Positions 9,787-20,700 of a DNA stretch of 64,000 nucleotides are shown here, piece after piece. The notes beneath the pieces are model-generated. The model saw only the letters and a list, made by a program, of their open reading frames with translations. It made no database searches and had not been told where the DNA came from. A program made the position numbers and the translations under genes. The first letter of the stretch is position 1. Each line of letters starts with the position of its first letter. Source of the stretch: a virus; IMG/VR virus record IMGVR_UViG_3300044796_000141, positions 36,323-100,322 of that record; one strand, written 5' to 3'.

Positions 9787-9841
9787 AGTCGAAACGCGGT
9801 TCTATTCCGCGTCGCAACATAATGTGTTGCCTGATGAGACT
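9787..9841 (+). ncRNA. Type II hammerhead ribozyme
   Basis: Stem II AGTC/GACT; GAAA; stem III CGCGG/CCGCG plus A-T; UC cleavage site at 9812-9813; stem I GCAACA/TGTTGC; CTGATGA 9831-9837. Confidence 0.88.
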
Positions 9842-9861
9842 ATATATGCTAATTATAGTAT

Positions 9862-10269
9862 ATGAAAAAATGTAAAACATGTCGGAACAAATAAAGAAGA
9901 AAATATAAATAATTTTGAAAAAGCAAGAGTCGGCTTAAGAACAATATGTAAAGAATGTAGAAGCAAATACAAAAAACTTCATGGCTCTAAACCAGAAATT
10001 AAAAACAAAAGAAGAAATTCTAATTACATAAAGAAATACAATCTAACACTTGAACAGTGGACAGAATTATTTAATAATCAGAATCATAAATGTAAGATAT
10101 GTCGGGATAGATGAAAGCAATACAGAATGGAAAACATTAGTAGTAGACCATTGCCATAAGACGCGGAAAGGTTAGAGGCTTATTGTGCGACCCTTGTAAT
10201 CGAGGCATAGCAGCTTTTAGAGATAATCCCATTGCATGCCGCAACGCGGCTGACTATTTAGAAAGATAA
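9862..10269 (+). CDS. Endonuclease VII-like (HNH/treble clef) endonuclease with three CGG +1 shift sites
   Basis: Skipping the C of in-frame CGG at 9883, 10103 and 10164 gives CKTCGTNKEENINNF...HKCKICGIDESNTEWKTLVVDHCHKTGKVRGLLCDPCNRGIAAFRDNPIACRNAADYLER*. Confidence 0.85.
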
Positions 10270-10272
10270 TAT

Positions 10273-10527
10273 ATGAAACCATTTGAAGTGAATGTTTCTA
10301 GTAAGTATGGCGCCCCAATGGGTCGGCGCGAGACTGCAAACTTAGAAGGTAAGGTGCACTTGCAACGCGTGCCGCTTTATGATGGTTGCTATGATAAAGG
10401 TGGCGCATATTGGGGCGGTCCGTCTAACCTGTGGTGTGCGTGGAATGACAAAGGCACACAATACTTGCGCGCGGGTAGCAGAGTGGAAGCAAAAACAATG
10501 TTGCCTGAATGTAAATTCTATAAATAA
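10273..10527 (+). CDS. Hypothetical protein
   Basis: ORF track; begins 4 nt after recoded endonuclease stop. Confidence 0.6.
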   Translation: MKPFEVNVSSKYGAPMGRRETANLEGKVHLQRVPLYDGCYDKGGAYWGGPSNLWCAWNDKGTQYLRAGSRVEAKTMLPECKFYK

Positions 10528-10538
10528 AGGAAAATAAT

Positions 10539-10742
10539 ATGGAATATGTAATCACCAATGATAAGGGTTTATTTTGGGCCGGTACATATTGGGCGACAGA
10601 GTATCCTGATGCTGTATTGTTTGGCTCGCAAACTAAAGCATTTAGTGCAGCGGAGCGCGTCTACCATCGCACCTATACTGATGTCTATGTAATCGTTAAT
10701 TACGGTATGGATAATCAAGAGATTGTCGATATAATCTTGTAG
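10539..10742 (+). CDS. Hypothetical protein
   Basis: ORF track. Confidence 0.6.
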   Translation: MEYVITNDKGLFWAGTYWATEYPDAVLFGSQTKAFSAAERVYHRTYTDVYVIVNYGMDNQEIVDIIL

Positions 10743-10757
10743 GCTTAATCCAACTGC

Positions 10758-11276
10758 CTAATTCGGGGCATCCATTTGTATCGGTGCATTGCATTCACTA
10801 CAATTCCTTAACTTGTGCATTATGCTGGTAGCGAATCCTTTCTTATAGAAGCAGATTAAACACTTACAATAAAACTTATATAAATTCTTTCTGTTCTTTA
10901 ACTCCCAAAATGTTTGGTATGGTATTTCATTCGCTAGTATCACCAGTCTCTGCCATTCTTTACCGTGCTCATCATTAAGGGTACCGTATAGCTTGTAAGT
11001 CAAAATGTGGCAGCATTCATGTATGATGACATTCCTTTGCTCTTCAGGTGTGGCTTGCGCCCATAGCGTTGCGGAAATTTCCATTAGCATCTTACTTGGA
11101 TAAGCGCAAGAAAAATTTCCTACAGTATTTTCGCAGAATCTATAGTGGATATTCTCCGAGAGGTGAGCTAAACTGTTTCTATCACAGGCTTGCTTGATGT
11201 ATGTTTCTATAACATTCATTCTTTGGCAAGCTGCATTATATATGCCACGGTCAATGGTTGACCTTGGTTCATTCAC
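10758..11276 (-). CDS. SprT-like zinc metalloprotease
   Basis: VIIHECCHIL...LNDEHGKEWQ...Cys-rich C-terminus (CKC...C..C); paralog of 44749..45234. Confidence 0.65.
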   Translation of the reverse strand: MNEPRSTIDRGIYNAACQRMNVIETYIKQACDRNSLAHLSENIHYRFCENTVGNFSCAYPSKMLMEISATLWAQATPEEQRNVIIHECCHILTYKLYGTLNDEHGKEWQRLVILANEIPYQTFWELKNRKNLYKFYCKCLICFYKKGFATSIMHKLRNCSECNAPIQMDAPN

Positions 11277-11664
11277 TATGGAGCACTATGGTACCGTATC
11301 TTGCCTCTTATTGGTTAGTCTCGGGTTTTGCTTTGACTTGTGTCCCGGTTGAGCGGAAGTCAAAGGCGTCTCTGTCAGACTCGATAGCCGTAGGCTGTTT
11401 TTGCATGGTCATCGGCGGCATCCTACTGCCGTGCGCCATCGTAAGCAGGCTGCTCAATAAGAAGTGAGGTACCAAAATGCTACACTGTTTGCGCACACTG
11501 TAGCATAAATGTAACGCAGTGTGTCGGCGGGCTCATCCACAAAGGCACAAAATATTCAATCATTCCGCTAATGCAGCACAAACAATAGACCTTGGCACAC
11601 ACTGTGCTATGTAGTCAATCATCGGTGGCAATGAAGCAACCGACAAATTGAAAGAGAAAATATC

Positions 11665-11874
11665 ATGGACGCTAAGATTAAAGATAAGTATGTTGTTCGC
11701 GTGGTCGGAGCAGTTGCACAAAAGGTCGGGGGAGCACTTGGGTTTACTCCTTCAGAGTCATTGAGCCTTTTACTTGCGAAAGAATTGGGCTTAGTCTCTC
11801 GCGAAAAAGGTCGCTATGGTGGCACGTCAGTCAATGATAATGGTTTGAAGTTTTTGTTTCGTGATGCGGCTTAA
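11665..11874 (+). CDS. Small protein, member C of four-copy paralogous family (truncated)
   Basis: FTPSESLSLLLAKELGLVSREKGRYGGTSVNDNGLKFL. Confidence 0.7.
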   Translation: MDAKIKDKYVVRVVGAVAQKVGGALGFTPSESLSLLLAKELGLVSREKGRYGGTSVNDNGLKFLFRDAA

Positions 11875-11904
11875 TTAAAATCTTATAACTAAAGGATAAA
11901 TAAA

Positions 11905-12213
11905 ATGTCAACCGAATACTCTAAAGAAACAGTTTTGGCTCACATCTTTAAGAAGTTGGAAAATGAAAATAAGAAAAGTTTTGGTATCGCTTTCTCGCAT
12001 GAAGCATTGACGCAAGTTGCAACGGAATGCCTGTTCATTGAGCGTAAGCGTAAGTTTGGTTCAATCCCTACTCAAAAGGGCGTTGAATATGTGAATATGA
12101 ATTGGCAACGATATCAAAATGAAAATGCGGCTGGCTCTGAGATGAATAGATTGCAGAATCAAATTGCTAAACTTCAGCAAAGACAAGCCGAGCTGCGAAC
12201 GAAAGCAGCTTAA
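11905..12213 (+). CDS. Small protein, member D of four-copy paralogous family
   Basis: VLAHIFKKL...FSHEALTQVATECLFIERKRKFGSIPTQKGVEYV...QIAKLQQRQAELR. Confidence 0.75.
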   Translation: MSTEYSKETVLAHIFKKLENENKKSFGIAFSHEALTQVATECLFIERKRKFGSIPTQKGVEYVNMNWQRYQNENAAGSEMNRLQNQIAKLQQRQAELRTKAA

Positions 12214-12273
12214 TCCGAAACGCCCCACCAAAAATAAGGGGCGTCGCAAGGTGACGCCTTGCCTGATGAGGAT
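12213..12273 (+). ncRNA. Type II hammerhead ribozyme
   Basis: Stem II ATCC/GGAT; GAAA 12217-12220; stem III CGCCCC/GGGGCG plus A-T; UC cleavage site 12244-12245; stem I GCAAGG/CCTTGC; CTGATGA 12263-12269. Confidence 0.9.
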
Positions 12274-12275
12274 AT

Positions 12276-12617
12276 ATGATAAGCCAAGATAGATATATCA
12301 AAGTATTTAAGAACGAACTAGATACGCAAGCTAATAGACTTAAAGAAATGTTTGCGAGTTTAGTGGAGTATAATAGCGCGGGTGAATGCGTACCAAAAAG
12401 CTCCACCAATGTCAAACAGCTAAAAGCAATCAAAGATGGTCTACAATCTGTTCTTGCCATTCTAGATGAAGTAAAAGTAAATACTAAGAAGCTTAATAAA
12501 GAAATAAAAGACGCAGATATTGAAGTAAATAAGACTAGAGACTTATTAATTGCTTTCTCTAAAGAGTATAAGATTGTATTACCTTCAATCTTAACAAAAC
12601 TTTACCGCATTACCTAA
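12276..12617 (+). CDS. Hypothetical coiled-coil-like protein
   Basis: ORF immediately after hammerhead. Confidence 0.6.
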   Translation: MISQDRYIKVFKNELDTQANRLKEMFASLVEYNSAGECVPKSSTNVKQLKAIKDGLQSVLAILDEVKVNTKKLNKEIKDADIEVNKTRDLLIAFSKEYKIVLPSILTKLYRIT

Positions 12618-12915
12618 TTCTATAAACGCTCTAGGCCACGCCAAAGTAATCAGGGGTAGCCTAGGGTATAGTCGCACTGCCATCGCAGCGCAGAGTGGCG
12701 TTTAAACGCTTTTTGGAGCTATTTTGGACACTGTTAAGCCGGTAAGTCGTGTGTGGTACGTTGAGAATGAAAAAGGCGATAAGAGACACGAAGTAACCGC
12801 TAACACATACATAGAAGCAAAGCAAAAGGGCAGAGTAATATTTCCTAATGAAGATATTGTTGTTTTCCCACAATCAATTGCCGGCTTTAGATTAATTTAT
12901 TGAAAGGATAAAAAT

Positions 12916-13200
12916 ATGGCTTGCGAGACTGATACTATAACGGCGCCCGCACATTGGGCAAGCTACTTGGTTAATGGCGATGCATCTAGCTTTGATTATT
13001 ATAACACGCCGAGTAATGCAGCGGGCGACCGAGATAAAGCGTTGTGCGATGCATGGCTAGAAACGCTTTCGGCGGATGGATGGAGCGTATGCAGTGCCGA
13101 AGGCGAAGCTTATTTCACGCATAACTATCCTTATTTCGCGCGGGATGGTCATGTAACGGCGGGCGATGTGCTCGAATACACAATCATTAGGAGTAAGTAA
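12916..13200 (+). CDS. Hypothetical protein
   Basis: ORF track. Confidence 0.6.
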   Translation: MACETDTITAPAHWASYLVNGDASSFDYYNTPSNAAGDRDKALCDAWLETLSADGWSVCSAEGEAYFTHNYPYFARDGHVTAGDVLEYTIIRSK

Positions 13201-13457
13201 TGGAAAACTATTTTAATAAATGTCATTTCTATGCTGAAGCAACGATGCCCAATAAAAGAAAGCGCAAGCTCGACTTCAAGTTTGAAGATGATTGTTTTTA
13301 TGCCTCTGTAAAAACGCACGCGACTATAGCGCTTAACAAGCGATTGCGCAAGCCACATCTTTGGGTAGGCGTTCAGTGCGTTATCACAATGGGCGAGAAG
13401 CAAATTGATGGCGTGATTGAATATGCCGGACTATACAATGAGGTTATCGTTCAATGA
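13200..13457 (+). CDS. Hypothetical protein
   Basis: ORF track. Confidence 0.6.
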   Translation: MENYFNKCHFYAEATMPNKRKRKLDFKFEDDCFYASVKTHATIALNKRLRKPHLWVGVQCVITMGEKQIDGVIEYAGLYNEVIVQ

Positions 13458-13735
13458 AAACTACACGAGCAATTATTGATATTCCGTTGACGCCTGACTA
13501 TGTTTTGAATAATGCTCACGCGCGCTATTGGTGGCACATGGATAAAGATGAACGAGCACGTGAAGACAAAGGTAGCCGGCGCATGACTCTCGCTAAACTT
13601 AAGCGCGGTCTAACGCTCTTGCCTACGCTCAAGAATGATGCGATGGTGGGGCGCATTGTTACTGGCGAGCCTGATGGTGAAGACTTGGATGTCCTTTTGC
13701 AATTGAGTATGTTTGGAGAATTGCTTTATGGATGA
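13454..13735 (+). CDS. Hypothetical protein
   Basis: ORF track. Confidence 0.6.
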   Translation: MKTTRAIIDIPLTPDYVLNNAHARYWWHMDKDERAREDKGSRRMTLAKLKRGLTLLPTLKNDAMVGRIVTGEPDGEDLDVLLQLSMFGELLYG

Positions 13736-13997
13736 GCATAAGACTGTTGTTGTCTTTCGCCTTTATGAGACTGGCGAATTGCTCGCGTTGTTTCCTGGCT
13801 TGCCATACAGTGACGTTCATCACGAGCAATGCATGAGTTATCAGCACGTTGGTCAGCACGGTGGAGCGGATTACAATCATTGTATCCGGCAAACTTGCCG
13901 AGCATTGCCGCATGAATATGAACCACTTAAAAAAGAACTAGAAGCAATTGGTTATAACCTAAATGTTCGTGAACGCTATACTAGAAAGGTTTAGAAT

Positions 13998-14375
13998 ATG
14001 ATGAATACATTGGCTCAAGCTATTATCAAAACGATGGATGCTGCCCTTACCTGTAAATCAAAGGGTAATAATGAATGGTATCTTAAGCATACGCAAGCGT
14101 TATCTAAGCTTCAAAGTATGTTGCCAAGTGGAGCAGGTATTGATTGCGGTACAAAGATTAGTGAAGCATCAACGACAGATAAGCTTGTGTTGATTGTCGA
14201 ATATCATCATATGAATGAGCACGGTTATGATGGATGGACGCAGCATATCATTACTGTCAAGCCTTCGTTTATCTGGGGGCTAGATATTAAAATCAGCGGT
14301 CCTAATCGCAATGACATCAAAGAATATCTTCACGATGTCTATAAGAATGCGCTTGAAGAATTGGTTGTGCTATGA
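13998..14375 (+). CDS. Hypothetical protein
   Basis: ORF track. Confidence 0.6.
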   Translation: MMNTLAQAIIKTMDAALTCKSKGNNEWYLKHTQALSKLQSMLPSGAGIDCGTKISEASTTDKLVLIVEYHHMNEHGYDGWTQHIITVKPSFIWGLDIKISGPNRNDIKEYLHDVYKNALEELVVL

Positions 14376-14976
14376 ATAATGCGTCGCGTTTAATTCCTAC
14401 TTCCACTGAGCAATATCGTAGAACAATCAAAGCCTTTGATGAATTGCTTGATGCCATTGCAGCTAGCGACATGCTTACATGGTCGATTGCTCAACGCCAT
14501 GATGTGAATTATTATCAGCGTCTATTGATTGAAGCCGTTAATAAACAAAGAGGATAACAATCATGACCAAAGAAGAAATGATTGAAAAACTTATTGAAAA
14601 TGTCGATGATTGGGACATTGAAGTTTTGATTGATACCGTTAAAGATGTGCGGCGCGAGGAGCTTGAAGCATACGATTATGAAAAAGTCAAAGAAATATTT
14701 GACTTTGAAAGCTAAAGGATAAATAATATGTTTAAGACAGCCGAAGTGAATGGTAAGAAAATTGCCTATACTGATGACACTGTTTTCTTGGTACAAGTAG
14801 GACGCGGTAAGAGCGCATATAAGACGCGCTACTCTTTCACTGGCAAAAATATTGGTCAGGCATTCATGTATTTTAGTGGTATCAATATTGGTAACGGTTA
14901 TAAGAAACGTCTGTTCGTTCCTAGTTTTAATAAACCATGTCTTGCGCGTCAGTTTAGTTAGTGGTATAATGGCAAT

Positions 14977-15053
14977 GGCCCTGTATCCCAATTGCTAGAG
15001 GAAATCGACTTAAAATCGACAAAGTATGGGTTGGAATCCCATCAGGGCTACCA
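14977..15053 (+). tRNA. tRNA with anticodon UAA (Leu by anticodon), atypical: short variable region, degenerate D arm
   Basis: GGCCCTG/CAGGGCT acceptor, loop CTTAAAA, T arm ATGGG-TTGGAAT-CCCAT, encoded CCA. Confidence 0.7.
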
Positions 15054-15061
15054 TTATTCTC

Positions 15062-15090
15062 TTTACACTTTTGATAGTTCGTGCTACTAT
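15062..15090 (+). promoter_or_regulatory. Promoter for HNH gene, predicted leaderless transcript
   Basis: TTTACA-17 nt-TACTAT (TGC extended), ATG 8 nt downstream at 15098. Confidence 0.6.
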
Positions 15091-15097
15091 TTATAGT

Positions 15098-15891
15098 ATG
15101 AAAGTAAATTATACAAAAGAAAAATTAGAAGAAATATGTAAACAAAGTTATTCAATAGCTCAAGTATTAGTGTTGCTTGGATTAAAGCCAAGAGGTCGGC
15201 AATTACAAAACAGTTAAAGCATATATAAAAAAGAATGAGATTGACGTATCACACTTTACAGGAAAGCGGACACCTTAAAGGTAAAACTCATGCTTATAAT
15301 CCGGCTATTGCTCTTGTAGACATTTTAAAAAAAGACTCACACTATCAATCATCTAGGCTTCGCGAACGTTTAATAGAAGAAAAATATTTTGAAGCTAAAT
15401 GTTATGTGTGTGGATTAATAGAATGGCAAGGAAAAGCTATAGCACTTGAATTAGAACATATTAGTGGTGACAATACCAATAATTGTATAGAAAACTTAAC
15501 ACTACTATGCCCCAATTGCCACGCTCAAACAAATACTTATAGAGGAAAAAATAAAAAATATACAATTGGTGATACGCTACCAAAACAACCGAAACTAAAA
15601 ATATATAAGCCAGAATATAGATATCAAATAAAATTATGCAAGGACTGTTCAAAAGAAATAAGTGATGGAGCTATCCGTTGCAAACCGTGTGCCGGCAAAA
15701 TTAATTCTCTTCCAAAGATAATATGGCCGAATAAAGAAGAATTAGAAAAGCTTGTATGGGAGCAATCAACATGGCGATTAGCAAAGCATCTAGGCGTTAG
15801 TGATAAGGCAATAGAAAAGCACTGTAAACAATTAGGGATTGATAAACCCGGTCCTGGCTATTGGACTAAAAAACGATTTAATAAAATCTAA
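15098..15891 (+). CDS. HNH homing endonuclease with two CGG +1 shift sites
   Basis: Skipping C15197 and C15267 gives ...LLGLKPRGGNYKTVKAYIKKNEIDVSHFTGKGHLKGKTHAYN...CYVCGLIEWQGKAIALELEHISGDNTNNCIENLTLLCPNCHAQTNTYRGKN. Confidence 0.88.
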
Positions 15892-16096
15892 AGGAAAACA
15901 AAATGAAAGAATTTATTAACAAGTTGTTTTTAACTTGGTTCTTGGTAAGTTTACTTTTAGGTATTGGAATGTCAATTGTTTTTATTTCAATTACATTCAA
16001 TAGGAACGAAGATATTGGTCAATGCATTTTTATGAGCTTTGTGTGGTGGATACCGCATATCATATATCATTGGGCTAATTGGCTAAGGAAAACGAA

Positions 16097-16939
16097 ATGA
16101 AAAAGATTATTATTGGATTGATGGTTCTTCTTACAAGTACTAAAGCCAACGCATCAGACTGTCCCTCTAATGGCGAAGTGTTTGAAGGACAAGAGGGGCG
16201 CAAAGAAAATTGCGAACAAGAAGAAGCAACTTTACTTAATGCATTAAATCGTAATAAGTATCCTTTGGGCCGCAAACAACACAAATCTGGCTATTATTGC
16301 TCTCGTCCATTTGGACCTGAAAGTTCTCAATGTATTGAAAGTGCAGACAATCTTACCAGTATATTGGTAAAGTGTGAAGAGTGCTATTCTCTTTATGATA
16401 AAAAGAAAGCAGCGGAAGATGCTGCCCAAGAACAACAAGAGCGCGATGACGAACAAGCAAAGCAAGACAAAGAAAAAGCTTTGACAGAATGGATTAAACC
16501 TCAACTAAAACAATTAGCTATTAAATCAGGATATTTAGATGTTAACTATGACGAAGGTATCTTAGAGACAATCAACAAACTTAAACAAGGAAATGAAACA
16601 CTAAATAATATTAAAAAAGTTCCAGTAAAAATTAATGAAAATGATAACTTTAAAATACTTCAGGTGTATGACCAAAATAATATTCTTTTAGTTGATGAAG
16701 ATAATGTTGTAATTTGGTTGCACAACTATGCTAAAAATGGTGGACAATTTACCGCTATTGAAGGTGGCAATCTTTTTGCTCTTGGAATGCATTATGCAGC
16801 GATTGCCGGAATTAAGACATACACAACAGCTATGCGAGGAACTAAACAAGCAATCGTTATTGAAAAACCGCACTGGAATAAATCAGCAAGTAAAGATTTT
16901 GATAAAAAATTAAATAAATGGTACGAAGAAAATAAATGA
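16097..16939 (+). CDS. Secreted hypothetical protein
   Basis: Signal peptide MKKIIIGLMVLLTSTKANA. Confidence 0.6.
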   Translation: MKKIIIGLMVLLTSTKANASDCPSNGEVFEGQEGRKENCEQEEATLLNALNRNKYPLGRKQHKSGYYCSRPFGPESSQCIESADNLTSILVKCEECYSLYDKKKAAEDAAQEQQERDDEQAKQDKEKALTEWIKPQLKQLAIKSGYLDVNYDEGILETINKLKQGNETLNNIKKVPVKINENDNFKILQVYDQNNILLVDEDNVVIWLHNYAKNGGQFTAIEGGNLFALGMHYAAIAGIKTYTTAMRGTKQAIVIEKPHWNKSASKDFDKKLNKWYEENK

Positions 16940-16957
16940 AAGAAAGGTCAATATGAT

Positions 16958-17108
16958 TAAATGGATTGTCTTTTTTGTATATTGTCTTATGTGTCAGATT
17001 GTAATGCAAGAGAAATATCCTGCTCACGATTCTGAAACAAAGATTATTCGTATTGTTATTGCGCCTATTTGGGTTCCAACTAAAGCATTGGAAGGACTAA
17101 TCAAATGA
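16958..17108 (+). CDS. Small membrane protein
   Basis: MIKWIVFFVYCLMCQIVMQEK... Confidence 0.5.
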
Positions 17109-17504
17109 CCGTAAGAAGAAATGGAAATTTGTGTCGTGTCTACAGTAATGATAGTGGACTATTGCAAGAATGCACATCTTATAGTACCATGTTGTTTTGT
17201 TGGTCTGAAGATAGAAGCTATGTAATTAACAACACTACTCGCTATAGTCCCACTACACAAAAGCAAAGGTCGCGCTATCTCAATAGCGACTTGCGATTGT
17301 TGGATGCTCGCCACATTCGAGTCGTTGAAATTGACGGCATGAATCGCGGCGTAACGCAATATGAATTGCGCCGTGTGGCTGCGTTGAAAGTCAACACTCT
17401 TGACATTGAGGCGAGCGCTTGCTCTTGTGGTCGTTGTATTGTTTGTGCATCAAATAGTCTTGGAGCTTAATCGTACCGTAAAATTTCAATAGGAGAAAAT
17501 TACA

Positions 17505-17750
17505 ATGAAGAAGAATTTTAAAAAATCTCAATTAGTTCCTGGTCGATGGATTCGTATTCGATATAGTGATGTTGGCGTGAGGGATGTTATCTTGACAGAT
17601 ATCAATCAGCGCCAAAAAGATGCCAATGGAATGGGCTGGCCTACTGAATATAAAGTTTTTGAACCGTCAGAGAAGGGTCGCGCTAATGATACGGTTGATT
17701 ATAGTCAGATTGTTGCTGTCGGTCCTTATGTAAATGCACCAGCATTTTAG
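17505..17750 (+). CDS. Hypothetical protein
   Basis: ORF track. Confidence 0.6.
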   Translation: MKKNFKKSQLVPGRWIRIRYSDVGVRDVILTDINQRQKDANGMGWPTEYKVFEPSEKGRANDTVDYSQIVAVGPYVNAPAF

Positions 17751-20700
17751 GAAAATATATGTCATTTGAAAAGCGTATTCATGCACTTGAAGAGGCCGCC
17801 AACAACAATGTTCCAGGGACTAATCTAACTCGTGTTCTTACGGGCGATGGTAGTAAGTGGGCTTTGTCTATTGGTGGAATGCAATTACCCAAGCATCATT
17901 TCTATGGCGACTCTATTTCTGATGTGGTAATTCAAGCCGAAATGTTCTTTCAAATTAAAGGAAAGTAATATGACTGAAGAAGAAATTCAAATTGTTGAAT
18001 TTGAAGAGTTGTTGGATGAATGGGAGCAGCAAAATAAAATCTATTCTTATGAGCAGCCGCGTAATTTTACAAAGCTTATAAATGCGCTAGATAGCAATTA
18101 TCATACCATTGAAGACTTCCTAGAAGATAATCCAGGGGCACTCAGCGCTTTGCGTGATTGGATTGCTGAGCAAAATGTTTCACATTGGCATGAATCTATT
18201 GCAGACGAATTGGTACTAACCGAGGAATAGACATGAGCTTAGAACAAGGACTGTTAGAAAATGCCGGTTTTGATTGTCAGAGTTACAGTGGTAGAGGTAT
18301 GTATGGCGATACTTGTCTAGCCGTAGTAACCGATGATGATGTTTTAAATCTATTTGCAGACTTAATAGATAATGGTTGCGGCGGCAAGCCAAACAGTGAA
18401 GAATCTTACTATATTGTTAAAATGTTACGCGATGCCAAACAAGATAGTATGGGCAAAGGTACAGTTATCTATTGGCCTAATATTCCATTTGAAGAAGAAA
18501 CAGAAGAGGATTAATATGACGCGTCCTAATAAATTCAATACTTCATTCAATCCAAAGAAAGCTTGTACAGTGTGCGCTAAAGAAGTTTCAATGCGCCGTG
18601 CCGTTAGCTTGTGCTATCCTGATATGACCTTGTGTCACCCATGCTATGATATTCATGTCGATAACCTCTATGCTCTGTCAGAGAAGTATGATAAGAGCGG
18701 GATTACAATCTAATGTTTAAACCAACTAAGCCAGTATATTATATGGGTTTTGAAGGTAGACAATCAACCAGATACGAAGACAGAGATATTGTATTAACTG
18801 ATTATGCAATCATTATGGGAGCTTTCAATAAGAGATTGAAAGTTTGGTCACTTGATTCGCAAGGTAATCGCGTCATCATTAGAGGAGTTAAAAATGATTC
18901 TAATTCCAGCAAAAATAAAGTGCGACTTTCATCTTTGTAAGAATGAAACCGTAGGCGACCTTGAACTAGATGTTGACCGCTCTAGCGGTGTAGTAGAATT
19001 GCAGCTTGATTGGCGAAGTGAAGCGCATGCGCTTGGTTGGCATGTTAGAGTATCTGAAGAGTGTTGGGCAGATGGCACAAACGATTTTAAAGTTAGAGTT
19101 ATTTGTCCTAACTGTAAGTTGAAATAATATGAATATTTTATTGTTATCTTTGTTGGTATCGCACGCCCCTATGAATATGGGTCGCAAATCCTCTGCAAGC
19201 TTTACTGTGACTTGTACTGTTGTGCGACCAATGCGCGCTATCTTTAGCCAAACAGGTATTACAATCACAGAGAATACCAAAAAAACTGTCGTATCCAGTA
19301 AAGATAGTTCCTTTACATATGATGGTGGCAATGATATTCCTGAGCCTGTTGTTATAGATGGCACCGTATCCTTTTAAATGGAGCATATATGAATTCAGTT
19401 CAGTTTATCAATCAACTCTTAAAAGATATTAAAGAAATTTCTACAGAAGACTTGTGGGATTTGTATAAAGATTGTAATTTTATTGCCAATACAAATGATT
19501 CTGATGACCCTAGTTCACGCGCATACGATAACGAAGTTACTAATCTATGTAAAGCTTTGATTAAATTTAAAGAAATTCAAGCTATTAGGAATGCTAAGTG
19601 AAGCCGCCAACTCCTTCAGATAAAGAACAGGCAATGACCGATGCTTTTACTGAAGCTGTTAAAGAAGCAATCGCTGCGCACCATAAAGCTGGACGCTCTG
19701 TACCTGTGCGCGTTAATGGAAAATTAACTTGGATTGGACCTAGTATGAACGAAAATGAATTTATAGTATCTGTTCAAAAGCATCTTGAAGCTATGGATGA
19801 GCTTAGCAAAAAGAAAAATGAATCATTTGATTCTATTCTAAAGTCTTTTGATTCTGTTGTTCGGAGTTTTTATAAGATTCTTGCTTGCGTTCCGGTTGCA
19901 TTTGTTCTAGGATTGTGTTGGGGCTATGCTATATGGGGCAAGAAATGACAATCAAAGAATATAAAAAAGAATTAATTAAAGAGTTTACAGATAAGAGAAA
20001 CTATGCGCAAAAAAAAGCATTAGAGGAAACTGATGCTGATAGCTATGCTGCCGCTTCATATCGTGGTGAAGCTTGGGGTTATGAAAAGGTCATTGAAAGG
20101 TTGCATCGACCATGAAAAAAGATTGGGCAGATAAACAGGCTTATCGTTATTTTCCGCACGCACCTAGCTTGTGTGATGAATTGGCAAAAGCTTTTCGTGA
20201 TTGCAAATTTAAAGGATACAAAGAAGGCATCAAAGACTATAAAGAAACAGAACAAAAGCTTGCGTATGCTCGTGGCCACGAAGCTGGTTATGTAGCTGGA
20301 ACACAAGATACATTAGATAGGCGATGGAATGAGCGCTGATAACGGTATCTATATTCTTGTCACTAAAGGTGTAGTCGGTACAGCACTCTATGAATACCGT
20401 GTAGTTGAAGCGGGCGCTATTGAAAATATCTTTGCCGAAGATAAGCACTTTGATGCTAAGATTGGTTGGAATACACAACAGATTAAGAATTACTTTGGTA
20501 AGTGTCAAGTCTTCTTTGATGACTTTACTCCAATGAAGTATGCTTTTAATATAGAAAAAGAAACAGGATGGACTGAATATGGAATTAATTATCTCAGTCA
20601 GTTTAAGGAATATCCATTCCCAAAATAAAATGAATAGGACTTGGCAAATCTTTCTAGCGTGGCTAACTGGCAATCTAATCGGACTGATAATTCTGATGTC

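Noticed and set aside
9862-10269. Calling the CGG-interrupted endonucleases simple pseudogenes
   Set aside because: All lesions are the same +1 at in-frame CGG with no other stops or indels, and a matching tRNA is present. Pseudogene status is kept only as the fallback if resequencing or assays fail.
14751-14775. CTGATGA at about 14760 as a third hammerhead
   Set aside because: Lies in a coding region and lacks the matching GAAA and stems.
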